Origin: Verrucomicrobiia bacterium
GTDB taxonomy: Bacteria > Verrucomicrobiota > Verrucomicrobiia > Palsa-1439
Direction of reading: 5' to 3'
Assembly (NCBI GenBank): GCA_035501175.1
Contig: DATJWQ010000058.1
Coordinates: 213-64,212, forward strand
DNA length: 64,000 nt
A program made the position numbers and the translations under genes. Positions 45,766-54,609 of the stretch are shown in pieces; position 1 is the first letter of the stretch; each line of letters begins with the position of its first letter. The notes under the pieces were generated by a model that saw only the letters and a program-made list of their open reading frames with translations, was not told the DNA's origin and did no database searches.

Positions 45766-45972
45766 ATGAATACCAATCTGCCCGCCTGCAAATGTCTTCG
45801 CACGAAAAAGATGTTCATCCCCGAACACGAGGCCGAGGCGCTGACCGAGTCCACCGAGCCTGACGCGGGGGCATTCTACTGGTGCAACCGCACGCTGAGC
45901 GAGATCGGTTCCGACGACCAGCCCGCCCACATCCGCACCTGCATCCCCGGCCGCAAGTGCTTTGAACAATAG
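45766..45972 (+). CDS. Small Cys-rich hypothetical protein (68 aa)
   Basis: 3 bp after the FAD-subunit stop; CKCLRTKKMF...WCNRT...H..CIPGRKCF. Confidence 0.7.
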   Translation: MNTNLPACKCLRTKKMFIPEHEAEALTESTEPDAGAFYWCNRTLSEIGSDDQPAHIRTCIPGRKCFEQ

Positions 45973-46039
45973 CCTGCCGCGTCGTAGCGCGCTGGTTGGT
46001 TCCCCCGCGGCGGATTGATGGCGTAGCGTAACCTCTTTC

Positions 46040-46069
46040 TTGTCAGGCACTTGACTCACCTGTTAGAAT
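46040..46069 (+). promoter_or_regulatory. Putative promoter of the moxR-bat operon
   Basis: TTGTCA-18 nt-TAGAAT with an extended TGn motif. Confidence 0.45.
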
Positions 46070-46138
46070 TGAACGTGATCGGCGTAAGCTCTGTCAAAAT
46101 GGGTGCTTCTGGGTTGTGAACCTCAAGAGGATAAAACA

Positions 46139-47128
46139 ATGGATCAAGGCATCGGTGCGATTAACGAACAGGTCAAACGCGAAAGCGAATTCGTGCGAAC
46201 GCTGGTCGGCGAGATCAGCAAGGTCATTGTTGGGCAAAAGTATCTTGTCGAGCGATTGTTGATTGGGCTGCTGGCCGACGGGCATGTGTTGCTGGAGGGC
46301 GTGCCCGGGTTGGCGAAGACATTGTCGGTCAAAACGCTTTCGGCGGCGATCCAGACATCGTTTCAGCGCATTCAGTTCACGCCCGATCTGTTGCCCGCCG
46401 ACGTGGTCGGCACACTGATTTACAATCCCAAGGACGGCGAGTTCCGTATCAAGAAGGGGCCCATCTTCGCCAACCTGATTCTGGCTGACGAAATCAATCG
46501 CGCCCCCGCAAAAGTGCAAAGCGCGCTACTGGAAGCGATGCAGGAACGGCAGGTGACGATTGGCGACCAGACGTTCAAGCTCCCGGACCCGTTCCTCGTG
46601 CTGGCGACGCAGAACCCGATCGAGCAGGAGGGCACGTATCCGTTGCCTGAGGCGCAGGTCGACCGGTTCATGCTCAAGCTTTCGATTCAGTACCCGAGCA
46701 AACAGGAAGAGCGCGAGATCATGGACCGCATGGCGGAGACCGGCAAACAGATCGTCACGCGGCCCGTGGTGACCCCCGAGCAGATTCTCAAGGCGCGGAA
46801 GGTGGTCGATGCCGTGTACATGGACGAGAAGATCAAGAACTACATCGTGGATCTGGTCCATGCGACGCGCGAGCCCGGCGAATACAAAATCGATGTGGCC
46901 CGCCTCATTCAATACGGCGCGTCGCCGCGCGCGACCATTTATCTGACGATCGCCGCCAGAGCCTACGCGTTCCTCCAGGGCCGTGGCTACGTGACACCGC
47001 AGGATGTGAAGACCATCGGCATGGATGTGCTGCGTCACCGCGTGATCGTCAGCTACGAGGCGGAGGCCGAGGAGATGACGAGCGAAGACGTGATCAAGCG
47101 GATCTTTGACGAAGTTCCGGTTCCCTAG
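46139..47128 (+). CDS. moxR: MoxR-family AAA+ ATPase
   Basis: GHVLLEGVPGLAKT, RIQFTPDLLPAD, LADEINRAPAKVQSALLEAMQE, ATQNPIEQEGTYPLPEAQVDRF. Confidence 0.95.
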   Translation: MDQGIGAINEQVKRESEFVRTLVGEISKVIVGQKYLVERLLIGLLADGHVLLEGVPGLAKTLSVKTLSAAIQTSFQRIQFTPDLLPADVVGTLIYNPKDGEFRIKKGPIFANLILADEINRAPAKVQSALLEAMQERQVTIGDQTFKLPDPFLVLATQNPIEQEGTYPLPEAQVDRFMLKLSIQYPSKQEEREIMDRMAETGKQIVTRPVVTPEQILKARKVVDAVYMDEKIKNYIVDLVHATREPGEYKIDVARLIQYGASPRATIYLTIAARAYAFLQGRGYVTPQDVKTIGMDVLRHRVIVSYEAEAEEMTSEDVIKRIFDEVPVP

Positions 47129-47144
47129 ACCAGCCGCCAGAAAA

Positions 47145-48029
47145 ATGATCCCGCGCGAGATATTCAAGAAAGTCCGGCAGATCGAAATCCGCACGAATCG
47201 GGAAGTCACCGACGTGCTGGGCGGTCAGTACCATTCTGTTTTCAAAGGTCGCGGGATGGAATTCGAGGAAGTCCGCGAGTATCTGCCCGGCGACGAGGTG
47301 CGGTCGATCGACTGGAACGTCACGGCGCGGTTCGGGCATCCGTTCATCAAGAAGTTCCGGGAAGAGCGCGAGCTGACGGTAATGCTGGTGGTCGACGTGA
47401 GCGCCTCGGGGCAGTTCGGCAGCGTGCGGCAGACGAAGAACGAACTGGCTGCGGAACTGGCCGCCGTTCTGGCGTTCTCCGCGATCCGCAACAACGACAA
47501 GGTCGGCCTGATCATGTTCACCGACCAGATCGAGAGATTTGTGCCGCCGAAGAAGGGCCGTCGGCACGTCCTCCGCGTTGTGCGCGAAATCCTGGCGTTT
47601 CAGCCGCAGGGCCGTGGCACGAACCTGCCGTTGGCCCTCGATTATCTCAACCGCGTTCAGGCGCGGCGAGCCGTGACATTCGTGGTCTCGGACTTCCAGG
47701 TAAACGACGAAGAGGCGGTCCGACGGAAACTGCGGGTGGCGAGCAAACGCCACGACGTGGTTGCGCTGAGCTTGCGCGATCCGCGTGAAGAGGAATTACC
47801 CTCGGTCGGCCTGGTTGAGTTACGCGATGCCGAGACGGGGGAGCGGGTGTTGGTGGACACATTCAGCCGAGACGTTCGAGAAGAGTTTGCCGCCAAAGCG
47901 CGTACGCGGCTCGAATCGTTGCGGCGGATGTTGCGGTCAGCGAGCGTGGACCAGGTGGAGATTCGATCCGACACGGATTATCTCCTGCCGTTGATCCAGT
48001 TTTTCCGGATGCGCGAGCGACGAATCTGA
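47145..48029 (+). CDS. DUF58 protein (VWA-like)
   Basis: HSVFKGRGMEFEEVREYLPGDEVRSIDWNVTAR, VDVSASG, VSDF. Confidence 0.93.
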   Translation: MIPREIFKKVRQIEIRTNREVTDVLGGQYHSVFKGRGMEFEEVREYLPGDEVRSIDWNVTARFGHPFIKKFREERELTVMLVVDVSASGQFGSVRQTKNELAAELAAVLAFSAIRNNDKVGLIMFTDQIERFVPPKKGRRHVLRVVREILAFQPQGRGTNLPLALDYLNRVQARRAVTFVVSDFQVNDEEAVRRKLRVASKRHDVVALSLRDPREEELPSVGLVELRDAETGERVLVDTFSRDVREEFAAKARTRLESLRRMLRSASVDQVEIRSDTDYLLPLIQFFRMRERRI

Positions 48030-48532
48030 TGCAGGACATTCACGATATCAAAGGATTTGTTCCCCTGCCCTACAGCTGGTGGTGGGTGTGGCTGCTGCTG
48101 GCGGTCGTGGTGGCGGCAGTGGCGTTCTGGCTGTGGAAACGGAAGGGACCGGGCGCACCCGCCCTTGTTGATCCGCCGCCTTCGCCGTACGCGGTGGCGA
48201 TCCGCGAACTTCACCGGCTGCGCGACGAGAATCCGCCGGTGGAAGAGTTTTACACGCGGTTGTCGGACATCGTGCGGAGATATCTCGAAGGCCAGATGGG
48301 ACTGCGGGCGCCGGAACGCACCACGGAAGAGTTCCTCTACGAGGTGTCCCGTGATCACTCGCTTTCCCGCGAGCACCGTGAGCTGCTCGGCGCCTTCTTG
48401 CAGGAAGCCGACCTCGTCAAATTCGCGAGACACCAGCCCGGTGCCGAGGACAGGCAACGCGCCCTGACGGCCGCCGAGAAGTTCGTCGAGGACACCCAGC
48501 CACAGGCCCAGGAGGCGCTCGCCACGGCATGA
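48029..48532 (+). CDS. Single-TM protein typical of bat operons (DUF4381-like)
   Basis: DIHDIKG, TM helix, RRYLE, TTEE, ADLVKFA. Confidence 0.75.
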   Translation: MQDIHDIKGFVPLPYSWWWVWLLLAVVVAAVAFWLWKRKGPGAPALVDPPPSPYAVAIRELHRLRDENPPVEEFYTRLSDIVRRYLEGQMGLRAPERTTEEFLYEVSRDHSLSREHRELLGAFLQEADLVKFARHQPGAEDRQRALTAAEKFVEDTQPQAQEALATA

Positions 48533-49527
48533 AGTTCGCCAGTCCATGGTTGTTGGCCCTGCTGGTCGTGCTGCCACTGTGGTTGTGGTGGGAACGGCGC
48601 TCGGCTCAACGTGGCGGCCTGAAGTTTTCCTCGGTGGCGACGGCCCGTTCGCTGTCGTCATTTTGGGCGGCGGTTGGGCCATCGTTGCTGCTACTGCTGC
48701 GCGGCGCGACGCTGGCGCTTTTCATCGTCGCCCTGGCGCGTCCGCAGTTGGGCCGGGCGGAAAGCAGGGTCAAGACGGAGGGGATCGATATCGTGTTGGT
48801 GATCGATATCTCCGGCAGCATGCAGGCGATGGATTACGAGAAGGGCGGGCAACGCGAGTCGCGGATCGATGCCGTGAAAGATGTGGTGCGCGAGTTCATC
48901 CGCGCCCGGCCCAACGACCGGATCGGCATGGTCGTCTTTGGCACGCATGCGTACGTTGCCAGCCCGCTCACGCTCGATCATGACTGGCTGGAACGGAACC
49001 TCGATCGCATCCGTATCGGTCTGGTCGAGGGGAACACGGCGATTGGCGCGGGGATCGGGACGGGCGTCAATCGCCTGCGCGATACCAAGGCGAAGAGCAA
49101 AGTGATCATCCTGTTGACCGATGGCGGCGAGAACATCAAGAACCCGCCGGCCATGGAAGCCGCAAAGGCGGCCAAAGAGTTCGGCGTCCGCGTCTACACC
49201 ATCGGCGCAGGCTCGCAAGGAGTGGCCCCCATGCCGGTCTACGATAATGCGGGCAATTTGCTCGGGTACCAGCAGATTCAGGCCGACCTCGATGAGGACC
49301 TGTTGAAGCAAATCGCGAGCGTGACCGGCGGCCAGTATTTCCGCGCGGCGGACACGGCGTCGTTGAAGAAAACGTATGCGCAAATCGACTCGATGGAAAA
49401 GCAGAAGATCGAAACGGTCGCGTACGAGGAGTGGCAGGAGTTGTTCCCGTGGTTCCTCGCGCCAGGCCTGGGATGCCTGGTCCTGGCCGTCACGCTGGAA
49501 CACACGCGGCTGCGGAGGTTGCCATAA
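48529..49527 (+). CDS. batA: BatA VWA-domain protein
   Basis: ALARPQ, GIDIVLVIDISGSM (MIDAS), DRIGMVVF, GNTAIG, ILLTDG, VYTIG, TGGQYFRA. Confidence 0.9.
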   Translation: MKFASPWLLALLVVLPLWLWWERRSAQRGGLKFSSVATARSLSSFWAAVGPSLLLLLRGATLALFIVALARPQLGRAESRVKTEGIDIVLVIDISGSMQAMDYEKGGQRESRIDAVKDVVREFIRARPNDRIGMVVFGTHAYVASPLTLDHDWLERNLDRIRIGLVEGNTAIGAGIGTGVNRLRDTKAKSKVIILLTDGGENIKNPPAMEAAKAAKEFGVRVYTIGAGSQGVAPMPVYDNAGNLLGYQQIQADLDEDLLKQIASVTGGQYFRAADTASLKKTYAQIDSMEKQKIETVAYEEWQELFPWFLAPGLGCLVLAVTLEHTRLRRLP

Positions 49528-50528
49528 TGCATTTCGGCAATCCGGAATTGTTCTGGCTGTTGACGCTGGCGCCAGCCCTGACGGTGTTTCTGATCTGGTC
49601 TTTCCGCGCCCGGCGACGGGCGTTGGAACGATTCGCCGCCCAACCTCTGGCGCAACGGTTGGCCGATTCGGTCCGCCCCATCGCGCGGCGATGGAAGGCA
49701 GTGTTGATCGTCGCCGCCATCACGCTGGCCTCACTGGCATTGACGCAGCCACGGTGGGGATTCGAGTGGCGCGAGGTAAAACACAAAGGTGTGGATGTCT
49801 TTGTCCTGCTCGATGTTTCGAAGAGCATGCTGACCGAAGACGTGAGGCCGAATCGATTGGGCCAGGCGAAATACGCCGTCCAGGATCTGCTGGCGAAGCT
49901 GCGTGGCGACCGGATCGGGCTGATCGCCTTTGCCGGGACCGCGTTCGTGCAATGCCCGTTGACAGTGGACTACGAAGCGTTTCGTCTGACCTTGAAGGAT
50001 GCCGATCCGCACATCATTCCGCGCGGCGGAACGGCGATCGGTCCGGCAATTCGCACGGCACTACAAGCATTCGACGCTGGCGAGGGGCGGGACCATGCGA
50101 TTGTGCTGATTACGGATGGTGAACAGACCGAGGGTGACGCGGTGGCCGCAGCGGAGGAGGCGGCAAAAGAAGGCGTGAAGATTTTTGCCATTGGTGTCGG
50201 CACGTCGGAGGGAGAATTGATTCCCGTTCAGGAAGATGGCAAGCCGATGGAGTTTCTGAAGAACCGCGACGGCGAGGTGGTCAAGTCGCGCCTCGACGAG
50301 GACACGTTGAAGCAGATCGCATTGAAGACGGGCGGGATTTACGTGCACAGCGCGGCGGGCGACTTCGGAATGGATGCAATCTACGACAAGGGCATCGCCC
50401 AGATGCAACGCAAGGAATACGAATCGCGGTTGCAGAAGCAGTACTTCGAGAGATTCCAGTGGCCGCTGGGACTGGCGTTTGTGGTCGTGGTCGTCGAGTC
50501 GTTTGTGAGTGATCGGAGGGCGGCATGA
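49527..50528 (+). CDS. batB: BatB VWA-domain protein
   Basis: PRWG, LDVSKSM..D..PNRL..AK, GDRIGLIAFAG, GGTAIG, ITDGE, SRLDE..L. Confidence 0.9.
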   Translation: MHFGNPELFWLLTLAPALTVFLIWSFRARRRALERFAAQPLAQRLADSVRPIARRWKAVLIVAAITLASLALTQPRWGFEWREVKHKGVDVFVLLDVSKSMLTEDVRPNRLGQAKYAVQDLLAKLRGDRIGLIAFAGTAFVQCPLTVDYEAFRLTLKDADPHIIPRGGTAIGPAIRTALQAFDAGEGRDHAIVLITDGEQTEGDAVAAAEEAAKEGVKIFAIGVGTSEGELIPVQEDGKPMEFLKNRDGEVVKSRLDEDTLKQIALKTGGIYVHSAAGDFGMDAIYDKGIAQMQRKEYESRLQKQYFERFQWPLGLAFVVVVVESFVSDRRAA

Positions 50529-51352
50529 GATTCTGGTGGTGCTTGCTCTTGTTGCCGGGCGTGGCCTTCGCGAGAAGCGAGAACTGGCCGGAACGCTACA
50601 ACACCGGCGTGACGGCTTATCGGAGCAATGATTTCGCCCAGGCATCCCAGTTGTTCGAAAATGCGACTTCGTCGAAGGACAAGTCGTTACAGCAGCGCGC
50701 CCTGTACAACCTCGGGAATGCCAATTTCCGGCTCGGCCAATCGCAGTCCAAACAGGCCCAGCAACTGTGGGAGCGCGCCATCAAGAGTTACGAGAGCGCG
50801 CTGGCCATTAATCCGAACGATGCCGATGCGAAGTTCAACCGCGACTTCGTCAAAAAGCAGCTGGAAGAACTGAAGAAGCAACAGCAACAACAGAAGCAAA
50901 ACCAACAGAATCAACAGGAGCAGCAACAGAAGCAAAACCAGCAACAACAAAACCAGCAGCAGAATCAGAAGAATCAACAACAGCAAGGCAAGGATCAGAG
51001 CCAGAAACAGGAGCAGCAGCAAGCGCAGCAGGGGCAACAACAGCAGAAACAAGAAGACAAACAATCCAAGCAAGATCAGCAACAACAGCAGCAGTCGCAG
51101 CAGCCACCGGGACAACAGAAAAAGCAAGAGGATCAAAGGAAGCAGACGGAGAAGGCGGGTGGCCAGCAAGACAAGCCACGGCAGGCTGAGCAACCGCCAC
51201 AAGAAGCCAGCGGCCAACCTCAGGACATGGACAAGATGCAGGCGACGGAGTTGCTCGATAATCTGCGCGAGGACGAGCGGAACTGGAATTATTTCCCCGA
51301 AGTGCAAATGAAGGACTTGAAAGATTCGGGAGAGCCGGCCAAGGATTGGTGA
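50525..51352 (+). CDS. batC: BatC-like TPR protein with Gln-rich linker
   Basis: YNLGNANF, DAKFN, long Q/N/K linker, C-terminal KDW. Confidence 0.85.
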   Translation: MRFWWCLLLLPGVAFARSENWPERYNTGVTAYRSNDFAQASQLFENATSSKDKSLQQRALYNLGNANFRLGQSQSKQAQQLWERAIKSYESALAINPNDADAKFNRDFVKKQLEELKKQQQQQKQNQQNQQEQQQKQNQQQQNQQQNQKNQQQQGKDQSQKQEQQQAQQGQQQQKQEDKQSKQDQQQQQQSQQPPGQQKKQEDQRKQTEKAGGQQDKPRQAEQPPQEASGQPQDMDKMQATELLDNLREDERNWNYFPEVQMKDLKDSGEPAKDW

Positions 51353-53073
51353 TGATGAGGATTTGGCTGGTCATCGCAACAACTTGGTGGATGGCAGCGA
51401 GCGCGCATGCCGATGTCTCGGTTGTCGCCGCGGTGGACCGGAACCAGGTTGCGTTTGGCGAAACGGTTACGCTGACGATCTCGGTGCAGGGCACACAGAA
51501 TGGCGCCCAGCCATCGATTCCGAGAGTGGACGGCTTGAGCTTTCAGGGTCCATCGACCCAGAGCAGTTTCTCCCTGGACAACGGCCACATGAGCCAGTCG
51601 ATCAGCTTTGTGTATCAGGTGACCCCGGCCCGCCCGGGCCAGTTTACAATTCCCGCGATACAAGTGAACGTTGGCGGCACCGCTTATTCCACCGAACCGA
51701 TCCAGTTGACCGTGGGGAAAGGAATGACGCAGGCTGATTCGAGCCAGCAGTTGTTTGCCCAAATCCGTGTTCCATCGAGGCAGGTATACCTAGGCCAGAC
51801 GGAGCCCGTGCAAGTAGTCTTGTTTGCGCGGGCGGACGTACCGCTCCGCGGGGTGAGCGGATTCAATTACGACGCCGACGGATTGGAATTCAAGTTTCTC
51901 CAGAACCCGAAGACCGGCGCGCAAGTCATTAACGGCCAATCATTCAACATCATTGGCATCGAAGGATCGATTTCGCCGAATCGGACCGGAACGCTGAATT
52001 TTGGCCCGTGCATCCTGAAGGCTCAATTGACGGTTCGAAGACAGGGTGGGAATAGCTGGTTCAGCGACCCGATGTTCGACCAAATGATGGGCCGTGTCGA
52101 GGTGAAGGAAGTGCCCGTGACCGTTGACGCGGTGCCCGTCGAGGTTTTGCCATTGCCCGAGGAAGGCCGGCCGGCGGATTTCAGCGGTGCGGTTGGCCAA
52201 TGGAAGCTCGATGTGACGGCCAAGCCGACGAATATCACGGTCGGCGATCCCATCACGTTGACAATCAAGGTCAGCGGCAATGGCAACATTGACACCGTGC
52301 CAATGCCCAAGCTCGGCTCGCTGGATGGATTCAAGACCTACGATCCGACCACGAAAACGACGAAGGACGATTTGAACACAACGGGCCAGCGCGTGATGCA
52401 ACAGGTGCTCATCGCGAAGAGCACGGATGTGAAGGAGCTTCCCGAGATACGCCTTGTGTATTTCGATCCCGTCGAGCGCGCGTACAAGACGGAGGTGCAA
52501 TCGCCGATCAAACTCGTCGTGAAGGCCGGCGGGGGCGGGCATACGACAATCGTCAGCGGCGGCGGTCCGTTGCATGTAGACGAAAAGCTGGGGCAGGACA
52601 TTGTGTATCTGAAGGGCGACGTCGGCCCGGTGCCGGCAAGCGTTCCGCTTTGTGAAACCACGACATTTTGGGCGCTGAATGCGGCGCCGGTTCTTGCGCT
52701 GTTGGGGACGGCCGGTTGGAAGCGACGCGCGGACAAATTACGTGGAGACGTGGCGTATGCGCGTCGAACCCGCGCAGCGCGAAAGGCCCGCAAGCTCCTG
52801 GTCTCGGCGGGCAGCTACGACGAGATTCAACGCGCTCTGCAGCAGTACCTGGGCGATCGGCTGAATATTCCCGTGGGTGGTATCACGGCATCCATCGTTG
52901 ACGAACAACTGGTGCCACGCGGTGTGAATGGCGAACTGGCCTCGCGAGCGAAATCGTGCTTCGAGGCGTGTGATACGGCACGGTTTGCCGGCGGCGGCGC
53001 GGACATGAGCGTGCAGGCGACACGCGAGAACGTGGAACGATTGATCAATGAGCTTGAAACCAAACCGCTTTAG
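51352..53073 (+). CDS. batD: BatD-like protein
   Basis: Signal peptide, Ig-like repeats, LPLPEEGRPADFSGAVG, G.GN, FDP...Y; late TM helix. Confidence 0.85.
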   Translation: MMRIWLVIATTWWMAASAHADVSVVAAVDRNQVAFGETVTLTISVQGTQNGAQPSIPRVDGLSFQGPSTQSSFSLDNGHMSQSISFVYQVTPARPGQFTIPAIQVNVGGTAYSTEPIQLTVGKGMTQADSSQQLFAQIRVPSRQVYLGQTEPVQVVLFARADVPLRGVSGFNYDADGLEFKFLQNPKTGAQVINGQSFNIIGIEGSISPNRTGTLNFGPCILKAQLTVRRQGGNSWFSDPMFDQMMGRVEVKEVPVTVDAVPVEVLPLPEEGRPADFSGAVGQWKLDVTAKPTNITVGDPITLTIKVSGNGNIDTVPMPKLGSLDGFKTYDPTTKTTKDDLNTTGQRVMQQVLIAKSTDVKELPEIRLVYFDPVERAYKTEVQSPIKLVVKAGGGGHTTIVSGGGPLHVDEKLGQDIVYLKGDVGPVPASVPLCETTTFWALNAAPVLALLGTAGWKRRADKLRGDVAYARRTRAARKARKLLVSAGSYDEIQRALQQYLGDRLNIPVGGITASIVDEQLVPRGVNGELASRAKSCFEACDTARFAGGGADMSVQATRENVERLINELETKPL

Positions 53074-53812
53074 GACGGGTGCCATCATCTGGCTTTTGGC
53101 CGTGGGCGCGGCCTTCGCCGCATCGGACGACGAATTCAAGTCGGCCAATCAGTTGTATGACGCCGGCAAATTCACCGAGGCCGCAGCGGCCTACGCGAGA
53201 ATCGAGCCCAAGACGGCACACGTCTATTACAATCTGGGAAACGCTCATTTCCGCGAGGGAAAACTCGGGTTGGCCATCTTGGACTATGAGCGGGCGCGCC
53301 GTCTGGCTCCGCGTGACCCGGACATTCTGGCGAATCTGAAATTTGCCGAGCAACGGGCGGACGTTGACGACGTGAACGCGCCGCCACGGGCATGGCAAAG
53401 GTATCTTCATTCCATCATCACCAGTCGCACGTCAACGGAGTGGGCCGTGTATGAACTATCAGCGCTGTGGTTGACCATCCTGGCAATGGGAATGTGGCTT
53501 TACATTCCTCGACTGAGAACCGGGCTGCTGGTGATCGTCGTGGTTGGTAGTGTGGGATTCGCGGCATCTGTGTTTGCCCTCGGTCGTGAAGTGATTGCGG
53601 GCGGGTCTGCGCCTTCCGCAGTAATCGTGGCGAAGGAGACGGATGCACGGTTCGCACCGGTGGCCGATGCTACGGTTCATTTCAAGGTTGTCGAAGGAAC
53701 ACGGGTCATCGTCCGAGAGGACCGCGGCCAATGGCTGCTCGTGGAGCGCGCGGACGGTGAGCAGGGATGGGTCCGGTCGGACACCTTGGAACGAGTCGCA
53801 GTCCGCAGCTAA
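53048..53812 (+). CDS. batE: BatE-like TPR/SH3 protein
   Basis: YYNLGNAHF, YERA..L.P.D..I..NL, two TMs, EGT.V....G.W......G..GWV. Confidence 0.85.
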   Translation: MSLKPNRFRTGAIIWLLAVGAAFAASDDEFKSANQLYDAGKFTEAAAAYARIEPKTAHVYYNLGNAHFREGKLGLAILDYERARRLAPRDPDILANLKFAEQRADVDDVNAPPRAWQRYLHSIITSRTSTEWAVYELSALWLTILAMGMWLYIPRLRTGLLVIVVVGSVGFAASVFALGREVIAGGSAPSAVIVAKETDARFAPVADATVHFKVVEGTRVIVREDRGQWLLVERADGEQGWVRSDTLERVAVRS

Positions 53813-53852
53813 TCCATGAATTGCCACAAGTCGGAGGCAGAATCATTCTGAT

Positions 53853-53868
53853 TTGACTGACTGGTCAA
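53853..53868. promoter_or_regulatory. TetR-type operator 1, TTGACTGACTGGTCAA
   Basis: TTGAC-N6-GTCAA palindrome upstream of tetR; near-identical to 54534-54549. Confidence 0.7.
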
Positions 53869-53902
53869 CTTGTGCAAATGTTCTCTCCAAAGTAGTCATG
53901 AG

Positions 53903-54532
53903 ATGAAGACTGAATGTGATACCAAGCAGAGATTACTGGACACGGCCATTGACCTGATTTGGGAGCAGAGCTACGGCGCGGTCAGCGTCGACGTGATTTG
54001 CGAACGAGCAGGCGCGAAGAAGGGGAGCTTCTATCATTTCTTCCAATCCAAGTCGGACCTGACGGTTGCGGCCATTGAGGAACATTGGGAGAAACTGCGG
54101 CCTGATCTGGACCGTATGTTTTCGCCGCAGACCCCGCCACTCGAACGGTTATCGGGCTATTGCGATTTGGTTTATGAACGGCAAAAGCAAAAAAAGGAGA
54201 AATTCGGCAGGGTTTGCGGGTGCGCGTTCACTTCACTGGCCTCCGAACTGAGCACGCAGGACGAGAAAATCCGGCAGAAATCGCAGCAGATCCTGGATCG
54301 TCGCTGCCGGTATTTTGCGGCGGCATTGCGTGATGCTGTTCGGGAAGGGCTGGTTCCCGAGCAGGATTGCGAGAGCAAGGCGCGAGAGCTGTATGGATGT
54401 GTGATGGGCGTGTTGCTGGAAGCCAAGATCGAGAACAATCTCGAGATCATCCAACACCTGAAATCGACCATATTTCGATTGATAGGCGTGGGCGAGAAGC
54501 AGTTTGCCGGTGAAGCCGGTATTCACGCGTAG
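53903..54532 (+). CDS. TetR/AcrR-family regulator (NemR/LmrA-like)
   Basis: LLDTAIDL....YGAVSVD.IC..AG..KGSFYHFF.SK.DL; GC.F..L..E. Confidence 0.92.
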   Translation: MKTECDTKQRLLDTAIDLIWEQSYGAVSVDVICERAGAKKGSFYHFFQSKSDLTVAAIEEHWEKLRPDLDRMFSPQTPPLERLSGYCDLVYERQKQKKEKFGRVCGCAFTSLASELSTQDEKIRQKSQQILDRRCRYFAAALRDAVREGLVPEQDCESKARELYGCVMGVLLEAKIENNLEIIQHLKSTIFRLIGVGEKQFAGEAGIHA

Positions 54533-54533
54533 T

Positions 54534-54549
54534 TTGACTGGTTGGTCAA
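54534..54549. promoter_or_regulatory. TetR-type operator 2, TTGACTGGTTGGTCAA
   Basis: 14/16 identical to operator 1; lies between the tetR stop and the RND start. Confidence 0.7.
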
Positions 54550-54609
54550 GCGTCAGCGATACATGAAAAAGATGGCAAGAACTGTTGTATTGCAGCGGCG
54601 GAGGACACC

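Noticed and set aside
50870-51150. CAG/CAA-rich low-complexity tract as a mobile or regulatory repeat
   Set aside because: Fully explained as the in-frame Gln-rich linker of BatC
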